Virus record (IMG/VR): IMGVR_UViG_3300047539_000055 | Strand: one strand, 5' to 3' | Source of the DNA: a virus | Lineage: Duplodnaviria; Caudoviricetes | Length of the DNA: 64,000 nucleotides | Shown here: piece after piece, positions 47,304 to 58,300 of the stretch | Layout of the letters: every line of letters begins with the position of its first letter | Numbering within the stretch: the stretch's first letter is position 1 | Made by a program: the position numbers and the translations under genes | The notes under the pieces: generated by a model | Database searches by the model: none | What the model saw: the letters and a program-made list of their open reading frames with translations, nothing else | What the model was told of the DNA's origin: nothing

Positions 47304-48776
47304 TTATTCGTAAACCCCATCAATAATTACTGTTCCTTGAAAATCTTGGTTCACTGTTGTTGCTCCCACTGGTATACACACCCCAACATGAACATAATTA
47401 CCTGCTTCACACATTAAAGGGTATGAAAATTGAACGTCAAGATCGGAAGGAGCGTAGCCAATAGGCGAACTTATTGGGAAATATTGCATTCCCAAATCAA
47501 GAATTCTTGGTGCTTTAGTCGCTGCACCTTCGGCTTGTGCTAATGTAACAGCAGAACTACCAACCCCAATAAACCATTGTAGAACTGATGGTGTAACAGC
47601 ACTAACAGCAACAGCAGATGCTTGGTTACCAACCATTGTGGAAATGTGAATCCCACGAATATAAATAGTTTTACCTGGTACGTTTACGGCAGCAAGGCCG
47701 GCACCAACTTGAAAAGCAAAAACAATATAATCAACCGCAGCGGCAGCAATTGAAGCGAACAAAAATCTTCCACCCAATTTTGCATATTCAGCAGTGGTGT
47801 TAGATAATCCTGACGCTACTGCGGCTGTACTATTTGTATGATTTGCTGTTGTACCAAAAGCGCCTGTTCCTGATTGTCCTTGAATTGAACTTCCACCAAT
47901 ACCAGCAAGAGCTATTTCATAAGAACGATAATTATCAAAATCAGGCACATAATAATTTACAGAGAAAATTGCTAATTGAACTGCTGATACTGGTGGTGTT
48001 GCTGTATTATATACGCGGAAAGTGATTGGCAAATCTTGTGTTGTAATTGGCAAACCTTGTGCCGCTGGTGGAATAATAGTGGCTTGTAAAATATTATCAA
48101 TCCAGAATTCAACTGTCTCAACACCAGAAACAATACGATATAAGTGAACAGAGTTTACTGTTGGTGGGGTTATGTTATTTGAATAAGTTTCGGAACCATT
48201 ATTATTTTGAACGCAAAAGAAGTTACCGCCAGACCATCTAAAAAATAAACCATCTGTTGGAGTTACTGTATTTGTTGCGGTATATCCAATTCCAAGTTCA
48301 GCTACAGCATTGTTTATATTACCGGCGGCTTGATACGATGCAACAAATTCAACTGCTGAAGAAAAACCAGAATACACTGGAAAGGTACGATAACTTTTGA
48401 CAACATCATATGTATTAGCAGCCACAGATGATCCGGAATTTAGAGTTAATTTTCCAACACCTTCGGTTTGGGTCATTGTTGAAAGAACGGAATTCCAGTT
48501 TGCTGTGTTGACAGCGGCTCCATTGAATACATCGTGAAATATTATGGTACTCTGAGCAGCTTGTAATTTACGAAATTCTTGAGAATTTAATTCTTGATTT
48601 AGAACTGATCCAGTTATACCACCAGCATCTATTTCAACAACTGCGCGTTCTCCACCACCAATATTAGTTGGAACACTATTTGCATCTTGTGTTCGTGGCG
48701 TAACAGTCAAGGTACGCTGGATTATATCAACTTCGGATCGGTTTTGTGTTATTGCGCCAATCTGGTTCAGTGCCAT
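47304..48776 (-). CDS. putative virion fibre/decoration protein, paralog B
   Basis: Shares TQDANSVPTNIGGGER, TQDLPITFRVYN and PLMCEAGNYVH with paralog A. Confidence 0.7.
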   Translation of the reverse strand: MALNQIGAITQNRSEVDIIQRTLTVTPRTQDANSVPTNIGGGERAVVEIDAGGITGSVLNQELNSQEFRKLQAAQSTIIFHDVFNGAAVNTANWNSVLSTMTQTEGVGKLTLNSGSSVAANTYDVVKSYRTFPVYSGFSSAVEFVASYQAAGNINNAVAELGIGYTATNTVTPTDGLFFRWSGGNFFCVQNNNGSETYSNNITPPTVNSVHLYRIVSGVETVEFWIDNILQATIIPPAAQGLPITTQDLPITFRVYNTATPPVSAVQLAIFSVNYYVPDFDNYRSYEIALAGIGGSSIQGQSGTGAFGTTANHTNSTAAVASGLSNTTAEYAKLGGRFLFASIAAAAVDYIVFAFQVGAGLAAVNVPGKTIYIRGIHISTMVGNQASAVAVSAVTPSVLQWFIGVGSSAVTLAQAEGAATKAPRILDLGMQYFPISSPIGYAPSDLDVQFSYPLMCEAGNYVHVGVCIPVGATTVNQDFQGTVIIDGVYE

Positions 48777-48782
48777 ATTTAA

Positions 48783-49262
48783 TTACTCCCACAACCAATT
48801 AACAGTAAATATTCCAGTTACAAAAAAATCTGTTGATGCTGTTATAGTAAATCCTGTTCCCGGTACTATAGTATTACCCACAAGAGACATATCAGATAGT
48901 GAGTATTCATCTGGAGAATGATTAGTGAGATTGCCATTAGCGGCATCAAGCCAAACCATAACATTTGATGTGGATAAAATACCAGTTTGCCCTGTTACTA
49001 TTGTTTTTAGATAATTACATCCTGGTATTGCTCCAAAATTCAGCGCAACTGAACCAGTAGCCCCTATACTTCCTGTTGCACCTTGTGGCCCAGTTGGTCC
49101 GGCTGCCACATAAGGAAGCGAAGCCCATAAAGTAACGCCATCACCAAATTTGAAATTATGTGTATTACTTTCCAATCCGCATTCACCCGCCAGCAACAAT
49201 GGATTATTAGCTGTCCAATTGGCGGCGGTATCATAACGAAACTGAAAAAGGGCATTTATCAT
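48783..49262 (-). CDS. fibre protein with Mtd_N-like (hyaluronidase N-terminal) domain and short collagen stretch
   Basis: RYDTAANWTANNPLLLAGECGLE...FKFGDG...W.SLPY then GPTGPQGATG. Confidence 0.8.
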   Translation of the reverse strand: MINALFQFRYDTAANWTANNPLLLAGECGLESNTHNFKFGDGVTLWASLPYVAAGPTGPQGATGSIGATGSVALNFGAIPGCNYLKTIVTGQTGILSTSNVMVWLDAANGNLTNHSPDEYSLSDMSLVGNTIVPGTGFTITASTDFFVTGIFTVNWLWE

Positions 49263-49264
49263 TT

Positions 49265-49885
49265 TTAATTCCTTAACTTATTTTGTGCTTGTCTTCGCGC
49301 CTCTGTCCAAGGAATTCCTTTTCTAGCACGACTCATATTTTCTAATGTTTTTAGTGATGCTTTTTTACCTTTGTTATTACTAGGTTTACCAAGTTTAGCT
49401 AAAGAACATTTTAATTTTTGTTCTTCGGACATAGCAACGCCTCTATTATGAGCAGGTTTTCCAAAATTTGGATTGTTTTCTCCCGAATTTGCTTTTGATA
49501 TCTTTTTGCCTACTTCGGGATTTCTTTTAATACCTAATCCGTATGTATTACCCATTGCTGTCAAACTCATTTTTTGTTTGGATTCTTCACTATATGTTTT
49601 GTTGAAGCCACCCCTTTTTAGGTTATATCCATTTGGAAACATTGTATTGTTTTCCACAATATATTGGTCTTCTAATAAATTTAATTGTTCAATGTTGTCG
49701 GTTTCTGCTAAAATTTCAACATTAAAATTTTCTTCTCCATATTTTCGAATAGCATTATGTAAAGCAAAACCAGATTTTTTATTCCTTCTTGCCAAAGATA
49801 GATGAACATTCCATCTTGTTGTTATTGGATTAATAGTTTGTCCAATATAGCATTTATTGTTCACCAAATTTTTAATTAGATACAC
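49265..49885 (-). CDS. GIY-YIG homing endonuclease with NUMOD3 repeats
   Basis: YLIKNLVNNKCYIGQT, AIRKYG, GYNL..GG, SEESKQKMS, GENNPNFGK. Confidence 0.88.
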   Translation of the reverse strand: MYLIKNLVNNKCYIGQTINPITTRWNVHLSLARRNKKSGFALHNAIRKYGEENFNVEILAETDNIEQLNLLEDQYIVENNTMFPNGYNLKRGGFNKTYSEESKQKMSLTAMGNTYGLGIKRNPEVGKKISKANSGENNPNFGKPAHNRGVAMSEEQKLKCSLAKLGKPSNNKGKKASLKTLENMSRARKGIPWTEARRQAQNKLRN

Positions 49886-49916
49886 ACATTACAATATATC
49901 TCCTATTGTATTTATC

Positions 49917-50165
49917 TTAGATAGATGCTCCCATTACGAGTCGTAATACATACGCGGCTGGAAGTGTAGAAGAACTTCCACCAGAATACGCAGTTAAACT
50001 ACTACCTGGCGCACCTTGATTGCCTTGCGTTCCAGCACCTTGATTTCCTTGGTAACCTTGATTACCCTGCGGTCCACCAGTATTACCTTGGTTTCCTTGA
50101 GAACCAACGATTCCTTGGTTGCCTTGTGGTCCCAAACCGCCTCGAATTATAGCATTTAGTGCCAT
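49917..50165 (-). CDS. mini collagen-like (Gly-X-Gln) protein
   Basis: GPQGNQG...GNQGYQGNQG; AAGGA SD. Confidence 0.7.
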   Translation of the reverse strand: MALNAIIRGGLGPQGNQGIVGSQGNQGNTGGPQGNQGYQGNQGAGTQGNQGAPGSSLTAYSGGSSSTLPAAYVLRLVMGASI

Positions 50166-50196
50166 TTTTATCCTTATTACTATTTACTTCAAATAT

Positions 50197-51213
50197 TTAA
50201 CTCACATAAGAATATGATCCGCCAGAAGCCGGGGTTGTGATCGAGATTGTAAAATTGTACAATTCTCCTAAACCATACCTATCAACGCACCAAACCGCAA
50301 AGGCATATTTACCAAGTACGGTGGGTGTACCACTGATAACTCCAGTTGATGAATTCAATGAAAGTCCAGTTGGGAGAGCGCCAGAAGCAACCCAAAGTGA
50401 TACAGTTAATTCGGCTGCACCACTAGTAGTAATTGTCTGAGAATAAGGCGTCCCAAGAATCCCATCTGGAATTGTTAATGGAATCATTTGCACTCCAAGC
50501 ACTGAAGATTTCAATGGTGGAGATGTTATATAAGTAATCCCATAAGATGCGCTAGAAATCTGAGGAGACGCTATTATACTGGCTGATGGGTTACCACTTC
50601 TTAATTCTACTCCTGTTGATGCCCAAGCTCTTGATGTTGAAACTTGAAGACTACAATCCATTGTACCAACAGGCTGCTGACCGTTACCATTATCAACCAA
50701 GGCTGTTGATGCTGTTGTCAAAGCTGGAATAACATATTGTGTAATCGTTCCATCTTGAACCGTAAAAGTATCTCCAGAATGAGTTGCAGATGCTAAACTT
50801 CCAACAACCCAATTTCCATAGTCTTGTGTTAGTATACCCACACCAACAAAAAAACTTGTTCCTGTTTTTGGGGTTCCTGCATTACCAAACGAACTTACAC
50901 CTATATATAATTCATAAGCTGCCGAGGCAAGAGTCGATCCACTGAAAGTAATTGTAATCGTTCGACTGGCAGTTGCCGCTGTAATAGGACAAGTCCAAGT
51001 TTCTGAACGAACAGCAGAGCCATTAGTTATCCCAGATTTAAAAGAATATGTATTCGCACTTCCATCGCTGATGCCTGTAACTGTCGCGGAACTAGCAATC
51101 GAAACGGAGATAACGATACTCTCCCCATTTGTCAGCGTTCCCGCTGTAAATGCGAGAGTAGTAGCCGCCGATGATAAGCTTGCAGTTGCTCCTGTGTCAC
51201 GCGAAATTGCCAT
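50197..51213 (-). CDS. virion protein with C-terminal putative Ig domain
   Basis: GTPYSQTI...GALPTGLSLNSSTGVISGTPT (He_PIG-type). Confidence 0.78.
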   Translation of the reverse strand: MAISRDTGATASLSSAATTLAFTAGTLTNGESIVISVSIASSATVTGISDGSANTYSFKSGITNGSAVRSETWTCPITAATASRTITITFSGSTLASAAYELYIGVSSFGNAGTPKTGTSFFVGVGILTQDYGNWVVGSLASATHSGDTFTVQDGTITQYVIPALTTASTALVDNGNGQQPVGTMDCSLQVSTSRAWASTGVELRSGNPSASIIASPQISSASYGITYITSPPLKSSVLGVQMIPLTIPDGILGTPYSQTITTSGAAELTVSLWVASGALPTGLSLNSSTGVISGTPTVLGKYAFAVWCVDRYGLGELYNFTISITTPASGGSYSYVS

Positions 51214-51221
51214 TTATCCTC

Positions 51222-52364
51222 TTAATCGTAACGCATACATAAGTAATTTATTATTGGCCCGTAACCGATACAACCCATACTACCTGCTTTCGTCATGATA
51301 TAGGTGTGACTATTTCCGTACACTGTAGCGGAAAAAATCATACCTTCTTGTCCATTATAAGATGGGATCATTCCAATATTCGTTTGTGGATAGTCATATG
51401 CGCCAATAAATGGTGCAGCTAATTCAAAAGGAATCATATTATTAAATAATGTATTTGGGTAAACTCCGGCATTCACTATCCTTACACCTAAACCACCTTG
51501 ACCGTTGTCAGGAGGAAGTGTACTTTGTGCCGGAGGGACGCCAACACCAAAAACAAGGGAGTGCTGACTGCTTGATTGATAGCTAGTAGTACTAGAAGTG
51601 TCTCCGACTGTAATCAACGTCACATAGGAACCAGTGTATACACCAGAAGAATTAACACTTCTTTCAATAGAAAATAACTGAGTGCAATAATTTGTTTCGA
51701 GTCTCCAAAGCATTACTGCGATTCTACTTGAACTTGCTGTGAATCGACATTCCCAAGGAATACTCGTACTATATGGGTTAGGATTAACCATGGGTATTAA
51801 AAAAGGCCCCATCACAGTACCAGTTAAATTTCCTCCTCCGTCCGATCCTGTTCCAATACTGATTTGAATTGTAGGGGCATTAGACTGACCACTAAAATTT
51901 CCATACTCCATTTTCGCATAAAAGTTAGTTAACGAATCATTTGGTTGCCAAATGGAATTATAAAAAAGGCTGGTTCCTGGTACTGTTGATGCCTCAGTAA
52001 CAACCCCTGATGAACCTGATTCAGCCAACGGTGTTCCATTTTGGTTAGTGATAGTAAATGTTCCACCACCAAGAGCAGTAATAACAAAAGTCCCACTGTT
52101 GATTGAATGGGTCATTGCCGTAATAGTCAATGCTTGACCTATTTGTAAAGCCACTCCTGTTAATGAATTATAAGTATATGTTGCTGACGATCCTGAAATT
52201 CCGGCTACAGCAGTGATGTTCATACCACTACGCATCCATTGACCGGTATCTGTACTCTGAATCCAAGTGTTTGTTGCGAACCATTTATCAATGGCAGACG
52301 CCCATTGAAAGTAGTTAGCATACGTGGATTGATCGCAAATAAGTTGTAATGTTTGAACTGCCAT
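51222..52364 (-). CDS. putative virion structural protein
   Basis: S/T/G/N-rich beta protein in the fibre operon; GAGG SD. Confidence 0.65.
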   Translation of the reverse strand: MAVQTLQLICDQSTYANYFQWASAIDKWFATNTWIQSTDTGQWMRSGMNITAVAGISGSSATYTYNSLTGVALQIGQALTITAMTHSINSGTFVITALGGGTFTITNQNGTPLAESGSSGVVTEASTVPGTSLFYNSIWQPNDSLTNFYAKMEYGNFSGQSNAPTIQISIGTGSDGGGNLTGTVMGPFLIPMVNPNPYSTSIPWECRFTASSSRIAVMLWRLETNYCTQLFSIERSVNSSGVYTGSYVTLITVGDTSSTTSYQSSSQHSLVFGVGVPPAQSTLPPDNGQGGLGVRIVNAGVYPNTLFNNMIPFELAAPFIGAYDYPQTNIGMIPSYNGQEGMIFSATVYGNSHTYIMTKAGSMGCIGYGPIINYLCMRYD

Positions 52365-52376
52365 ATTAGACCTCGT

Positions 52377-55300
52377 TTAATTCTTCGTACATTGAATCTG
52401 TATATTAATAGATGTAAAGGTTGAAATAGAGGATAAATTGAACGCCAATTGTCCCCATTGTGTTAAAATTGGACTCCATGTAGAAATTGCTGATGTTCCT
52501 CCAGACGCACTTTGTGCTGAAGAAATTACTATTGGAGCCGACGCACTTATTATATTTGCTGATGTTGGAATAGGTGGAGCAGCCGGTGGAGTGCTTCCGG
52601 CAATAAACCATACATCTATACTTGCCGACCCTGTGGCATTTCCAGTAATCGTCCAACTATTTATCGTACAATTATATGGTACTTCAATATACCGAATAAT
52701 TGGTGCTGTTGGAGTGGTCGCGCCACCGTCGAAAGTTGCACCAAACATAACAAGCGAGGTTATACTAGTTCCTTGATTACCTTGATTGCCTTGAGGTCCA
52801 ATACCAGGATTAGCTGATGATGGAACTGTGCTTGGTCTAAATGGAAATACAATTCCAGTGGTTGTTGATAATGTAAACAGCAAAGGATTACTATATGAAG
52901 TAATATTTGTTGGTTCAGTATTTACTAACAATCCTGGAGTTGCATCTGATACAAAATAATAATTTCCGGCAGTCAATCCAGATAGCCCACTAATATATCC
53001 AAAATGATAGAGCGTAAAATTATTGCTATCAATGACAACAACCACGCCAACACCGAGTTCATTAGCATTGCTGGAAAGTGCTAAACTCCATACGGTTCCT
53101 GTGTAATAAACTGCTTGACCTGTGCTAAATCCGTGACTTGTTTGATTTATTGTTTCAACAATAGACGGAGCATTTGGTATATCTTTCGCGACCAAATTTC
53201 TAAATGTAGGCGTAGCACTTGATCCAGATTGTGGACCAGCATAAACAGTGTTGGCCGATTGTGATCCTGCGGCATAACCTGTTCCCTGATTGCCTTGGTT
53301 GCCTTGGAATCCCTGAGAACCTTGGTTTCCCTGATTGCCTTGGAAACCTTGGAATCCCTGATTGCCTTGGTTGCCTTGGAAACCTTGGAAGCCTTGGTTG
53401 CCCTGATTGCCTTGATAACCTTGGAATCCCTGGTTGCCCTGATTGCCTTGGAATCCCTGCGAACCTTGATTGCCTTGGTTGCCTTGGAATCCCTGCGAAC
53501 CTTGATTGCCCTGATTGCCTTGGAATCCCTGCGAACCTTGGTTGCCTTGAAAACCTTGGAATCCCTGCGAACCTTGATTGCCTTGGTTGCCCTGAAATCC
53601 TTGGAATCCTTGATTGCCTTGATTGCCTTGGAATCCCTGCGAACCTTGATTGCCCTGATTGCCTTGGAATCCCTGATTGCCTTGGAATCCCTGATTGCCT
53701 TGGTTGCCCTGAAATCCTTGGAAGCCCTGATTGAAAACCCTGGATTGCCTTGGTTGCCCTGAAGTTCCTTGGAAACCTTGGTTGCCCTGATTGCCTTGAT
53801 TGCCTTGATATCCTTGTATTCCAGATTGATTTCCTTGATTGCCTTGGTTGCCTTGGAATCCCTGCGTGCCTTGGAAAGCCTTGGTTGCCTTGGTTACCTT
53901 GTGTTCCCTGAAAACCTTGGAAGCCCTGATTTCCTTGGTTACCTTGCGCACCGATTGGAACACCATTTATAAGATATAAACCAGAAGTGTTTACATTTCC
54001 ATTTACATCTAATGGATATCCCGGTGTTATCGTTCCGATACCAACATTTCCAGTTGTTGATATTCTCATTTTTTCTGTTGGGTGTTGGGATGGGTCTGTT
54101 CCATCGACGCTAGCAGTAAGAAAGGCAAGAGCACCCAAATATTCGACTGCCGGGTCCGTTCGCACCTGAAGTCCACCAAAATTACCACCACCACCAATAT
54201 AACTTTGACCTGCAAACATAGCCAGCGCAGTATTTGCAGAATTTGTATTCGTATAACCAGCAATAGTTCCACTTACAGCTAAAGGAAATACTTGAGCAAA
54301 TGCAATTGCAGATTCCGCGCCAATCTGTACCAATCCTGTGAATTTGTTAGTCGTAGCCGTGAATTTGCTAGCTGTTGCTGAAATTATCTGATTGCTTCCG
54401 TTTAGGTCATTATAAGGGGAAGTAGGAGGAGATAGTGGTGTTAGTCCTTCATAAACAGTATTGGAATATGATGCTGCATCAAAGTAAAAATAATTTACAG
54501 TTCCCGATGAAGCATCATAAAAATTCTCTCCGATGAAACTTACACCAATAGTGCTTGCAAGTTTGATTGTTATCGGATAAGCATAGGTTTCAAAGGAATC
54601 ACCACTGAATATTCCACCAGTGATAACTGAATATCCTGGCATAAATTCAATTGCGGCATGTGTAGTATCTGCTGCTCCGCACAAATTAGCCCAGAAATTA
54701 TCTCGGCAAACAACTGCATTGGCATAAGTCTGTAAACGCAAACCACAACGAATACGATTGAAATGATTGCGCTCCACTGTTGATACATAACCTTGAAAAG
54801 AAGATTGTGAAGTTCCGTCCAGCAATCCCGAAGTATTATTGCCTCCCAACACAATAGCATCTTGAATTGAAGTTGTTCCTCCAGTGTCCATATTTCCAAG
54901 GAATGAGTTATCGTGAATATAAGAAATTGTATTAGTTGTTTGAAAGAATGGAACATCAGCAGATTGTCCTGTCAAACCATTTGTAAATGAAAGATGATCA
55001 ATTTCAATAAAACCATTTCCGCGTGTATCAATAAAAGCAACTGCACTTCCTATATCTGCGATAAGACAATCTAATTCAATAATGGAACTTCCATAAGGAC
55101 CATCTGAAGATACTGCGGCGGAATTGGCACTCATAGCAGAACCAGTCAAACGAAGTGATGGTTGAGATGGAAGACTGCCCGAATTATTCGGAATTATGAA
55201 ACAAGAATTGAATTTGTATGAAGTTACACTTGGTGGGAAGTATATTGTTCCCCCGCCATTTGCATACCAAATAGCCAGTAATGCTGTAAAATTAGTAACA

Positions 55301-58300
55301 TTCGTGGACGCAGAATTTGAAGGTAATACTCCATACGCTTGTGCATTATAATCTTGACTATAACCTTGATTGCCTTGATTACCTTGATTACCTTGGTTGC
55401 CTTGGAAGCCTTGAGTTCCTTGATATCCTTGTATTCCAGATTGATTGCCTTGGTTACCTTGGAATCCTTGCGTTCCTTGGAAGCCCTGATTACCTTGGTT
55501 GCCCTGAAATCCTTGGAATCCTTGGTTGCCCTGATTGCCTTGGAATCCCTGCGAACCTTGATTGCCCTGATTGCCTTGGTTGCCTTGAAATCCTTGGAAT
55601 CCCTGATTTCCTTGGTTGCCCTGAAATCCTTGGAATCCCTGATTGCCTTGAAAACCTTGGAAGCCTTGGTTACCTTGGTTGCCCTGATTGCCTTGATAAC
55701 CTTGGAATCCCTGGTTGCCCTGATTGCCTTGGAATCCCTGCGAACCTTGGTTGCCTTGATTGCCTTGGTTGCCTTGGAATCCCTGCGTGCCTTGGAAACC
55801 TTGGTTGCCCTGAAATCCTTGGAATCCCTGATTGCCTTGGTTGCCTTGGAAACCTTGGAATCCCTGATTGCCTTGATTACCTTGGAAACCTTGGAATCCT
55901 TGGTTGCCTTGGAATCCCTGCGTGCCTTGGAAACCTTGATTGCCTTGGAAACCCTGCGAACCTTGGTTTCCCTGATTGCCTTGGAAACCTTGGAAGCCTT
56001 GGTTACCCTGATTGCCTTGGAATCCCTGCGAACCTTGGTTGCCTTGGTTGCCTTGGAAACCTTGGAAGCCCTGATTTCCTTGGTTGCCCTGAAATCCTTG
56101 GAATCCCTGATTGCCTTGGTTGCCCTGAAATCCTTGGAATCCCTGCGAACCTTGATTGCCCTGATTACCTTGAGTTCCTTGGAAACCTTGGAATCCTTGG
56201 TTGCCTTGATTGCCTTGCGTTCCTTGAAAGCCTTGGAATCCCTGATTGCCTTGATTGCCTTGGAATCCCTGTGTGCCCTGGAATCCCTGATTGCCTTGGT
56301 TGCCCTGAAATCCTTGGAAGCCTTGGAAACCTTGGTTGCCCTGATTGCCTTGAGTTCCCTGAAAACCTTGGAATCCTTGATTGCCTTGATTGCCTTGAAA
56401 ACCTTGCGTGCCTTGGAATCCCTGATTTCCTTGATTGCCTTGTGTTCCTTGGAATCCTTGGAAACCTTGATTGCCCTGATTGCCCTGATTGCCTTGAGTT
56501 CCCTGAAAACCTTGGAAACCTTGGTTGCCCTGATTGCCTTGAAAACCTTGCGTTCCTTGGAATCCTTGATTTCCTTGATTGCCCTGTGTTCCTTGGAAGC
56601 CTTGGAATCCTTGATTGCCTTGGTTGCCTTGAGTTCCCTGTAAAGAAAAACCAAGAGCAATATTAACGCCATTTGCAAATATTGCGCCCGACAGTGGCGT
56701 AACAGTTAAATCGTAATAGTTAGTGTTCTGTGTTGATGCTGTAACCTGACAAGTCACAAAATCAGCAGCATTGTTTTCTTGAACAATATCAATTATTGTA
56801 CCGACAGCAAGCAATGCCTCGATAGCAGTTACGTTAACTGTATTTCTATCTTGTCGAGTAACATATAAATGAGTAATTGAACCAAAAGTGGCGTTGTTAA
56901 AATTCAATTGTCCATTATTAGACGCCGGAGTTCCTGTTGCTGTACTGAAAGTAAACAGAACAGACACACCACCGGTTACTCCTTGGTTGCCTTGCGTTCC
57001 TTGGAAGCCTTGGAATCCTTGGTTGCCTTGATTACCTTGAGTTCCCTGAAATCCTTGGAATCCCTGATTTCCTTGGTTACCTTGAGTTCCCTGAAAACCT
57101 TGGAATCCCTGATTTCCTTGGTTGCCCTGTGTTCCTTGGAAACCTTGGAATCCTTGGTTGCCTTGATTACCTTGAGTTCCCTGAAATCCTTGGTTGCCTT
57201 GATTACCTTGAGTTCCCTGAAAACCTTGGAATCCCTGATTTCCTTGGTTACCTTGAGTTCCCTGAATCCCTGATTTCCTTGGTTACCTTGGAATCCTTGG
57301 TTGCCTTGATTACCTTGAGTTCCCTGAAAACCTTGGAATCCCTGATTTCCTTGGTTGCCCTGTGAGTTCCTTGGAAAACCTTGGAATCCTTGGTTGCCTT
57401 GATTACCTTGAGTTCCCTGAAAACCTTGGAATCCCTGATTTCCTTGGTTACCTTGAGTTCCCTGAAAACCTTGGAATCCTTGATTTCCTTGGTTACCTTG
57501 AGTTCCCTGAAAACCTTGGAATCCTTGGTTGCCTTGATTACCTTGAGTTCCCTGAAATCCTTGGAATCCCTGATTGCCTTGATTACCTTGAGTTCCCTGA
57601 AAACCTTGGAATCCCTGATTTCCTTGGTTGCCCTGTGTTCCTTGGAAGCCTTGGTTGCCTTGAAAACCTTGGAATCCTTGGTTGCCTTGATTACCTTGAG
57701 TTCCCTGAAAACCTTGGAATCCTTGGTTGCCTTGATTACCTTGAGTTCCCTGAAAACCTTGGAATCCTTGATTGCCTTGATTTCCTTGATTACCTTGAGT
57801 TCCCTGAAAACCTTGGAATCCCTGATTTCCTTGGTTGCCCTGTGTTCCTTGGAAACCTTGGAATCCTTGGTTGCCTTGATTACCTTGAGTTCCCTGAAAA
57901 CCTTGGAATCCCTGATTTCCTTGATTACCTTGAGTTCCCTGAAAACCTTGGAATCCCTGATTTCCTTGGTTACCTTGAGTTCCCTGAAAACCTTGGAATC
58001 CTTGGTTGCCTTGATTACCTTGAGTTCCCTGAAAACCTTGGAATCCTTGGTTGCCTTGATTGCCTTGAGTTCCCTGAAAACCTTGGAATCCCTGATTTCC
58101 TTGGTTACCTTGAGTTCCCTGAAATCCTTGGTTGCCCTGTGTTCCTTGCCTTGATTACCTTGAGTTCCCTGAAAACCTTGGAATCCCTGATTTCCTTGGT
58201 TACCTTGAGTTCCCTGAAAACCTTGGAATCCTTGGTTGCCTTGATTACCTTGAGTTCCCTGAAAACCTTGGAATCCCTGATTTCCTTGGTTGCCTTGAGT

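Noticed and set aside
53730-58150. Programmed ribosomal frameshifting in the collagen gene
   Set aside because: Multiple irregular, clustered indels without canonical slippery sites fit read or assembly error better.
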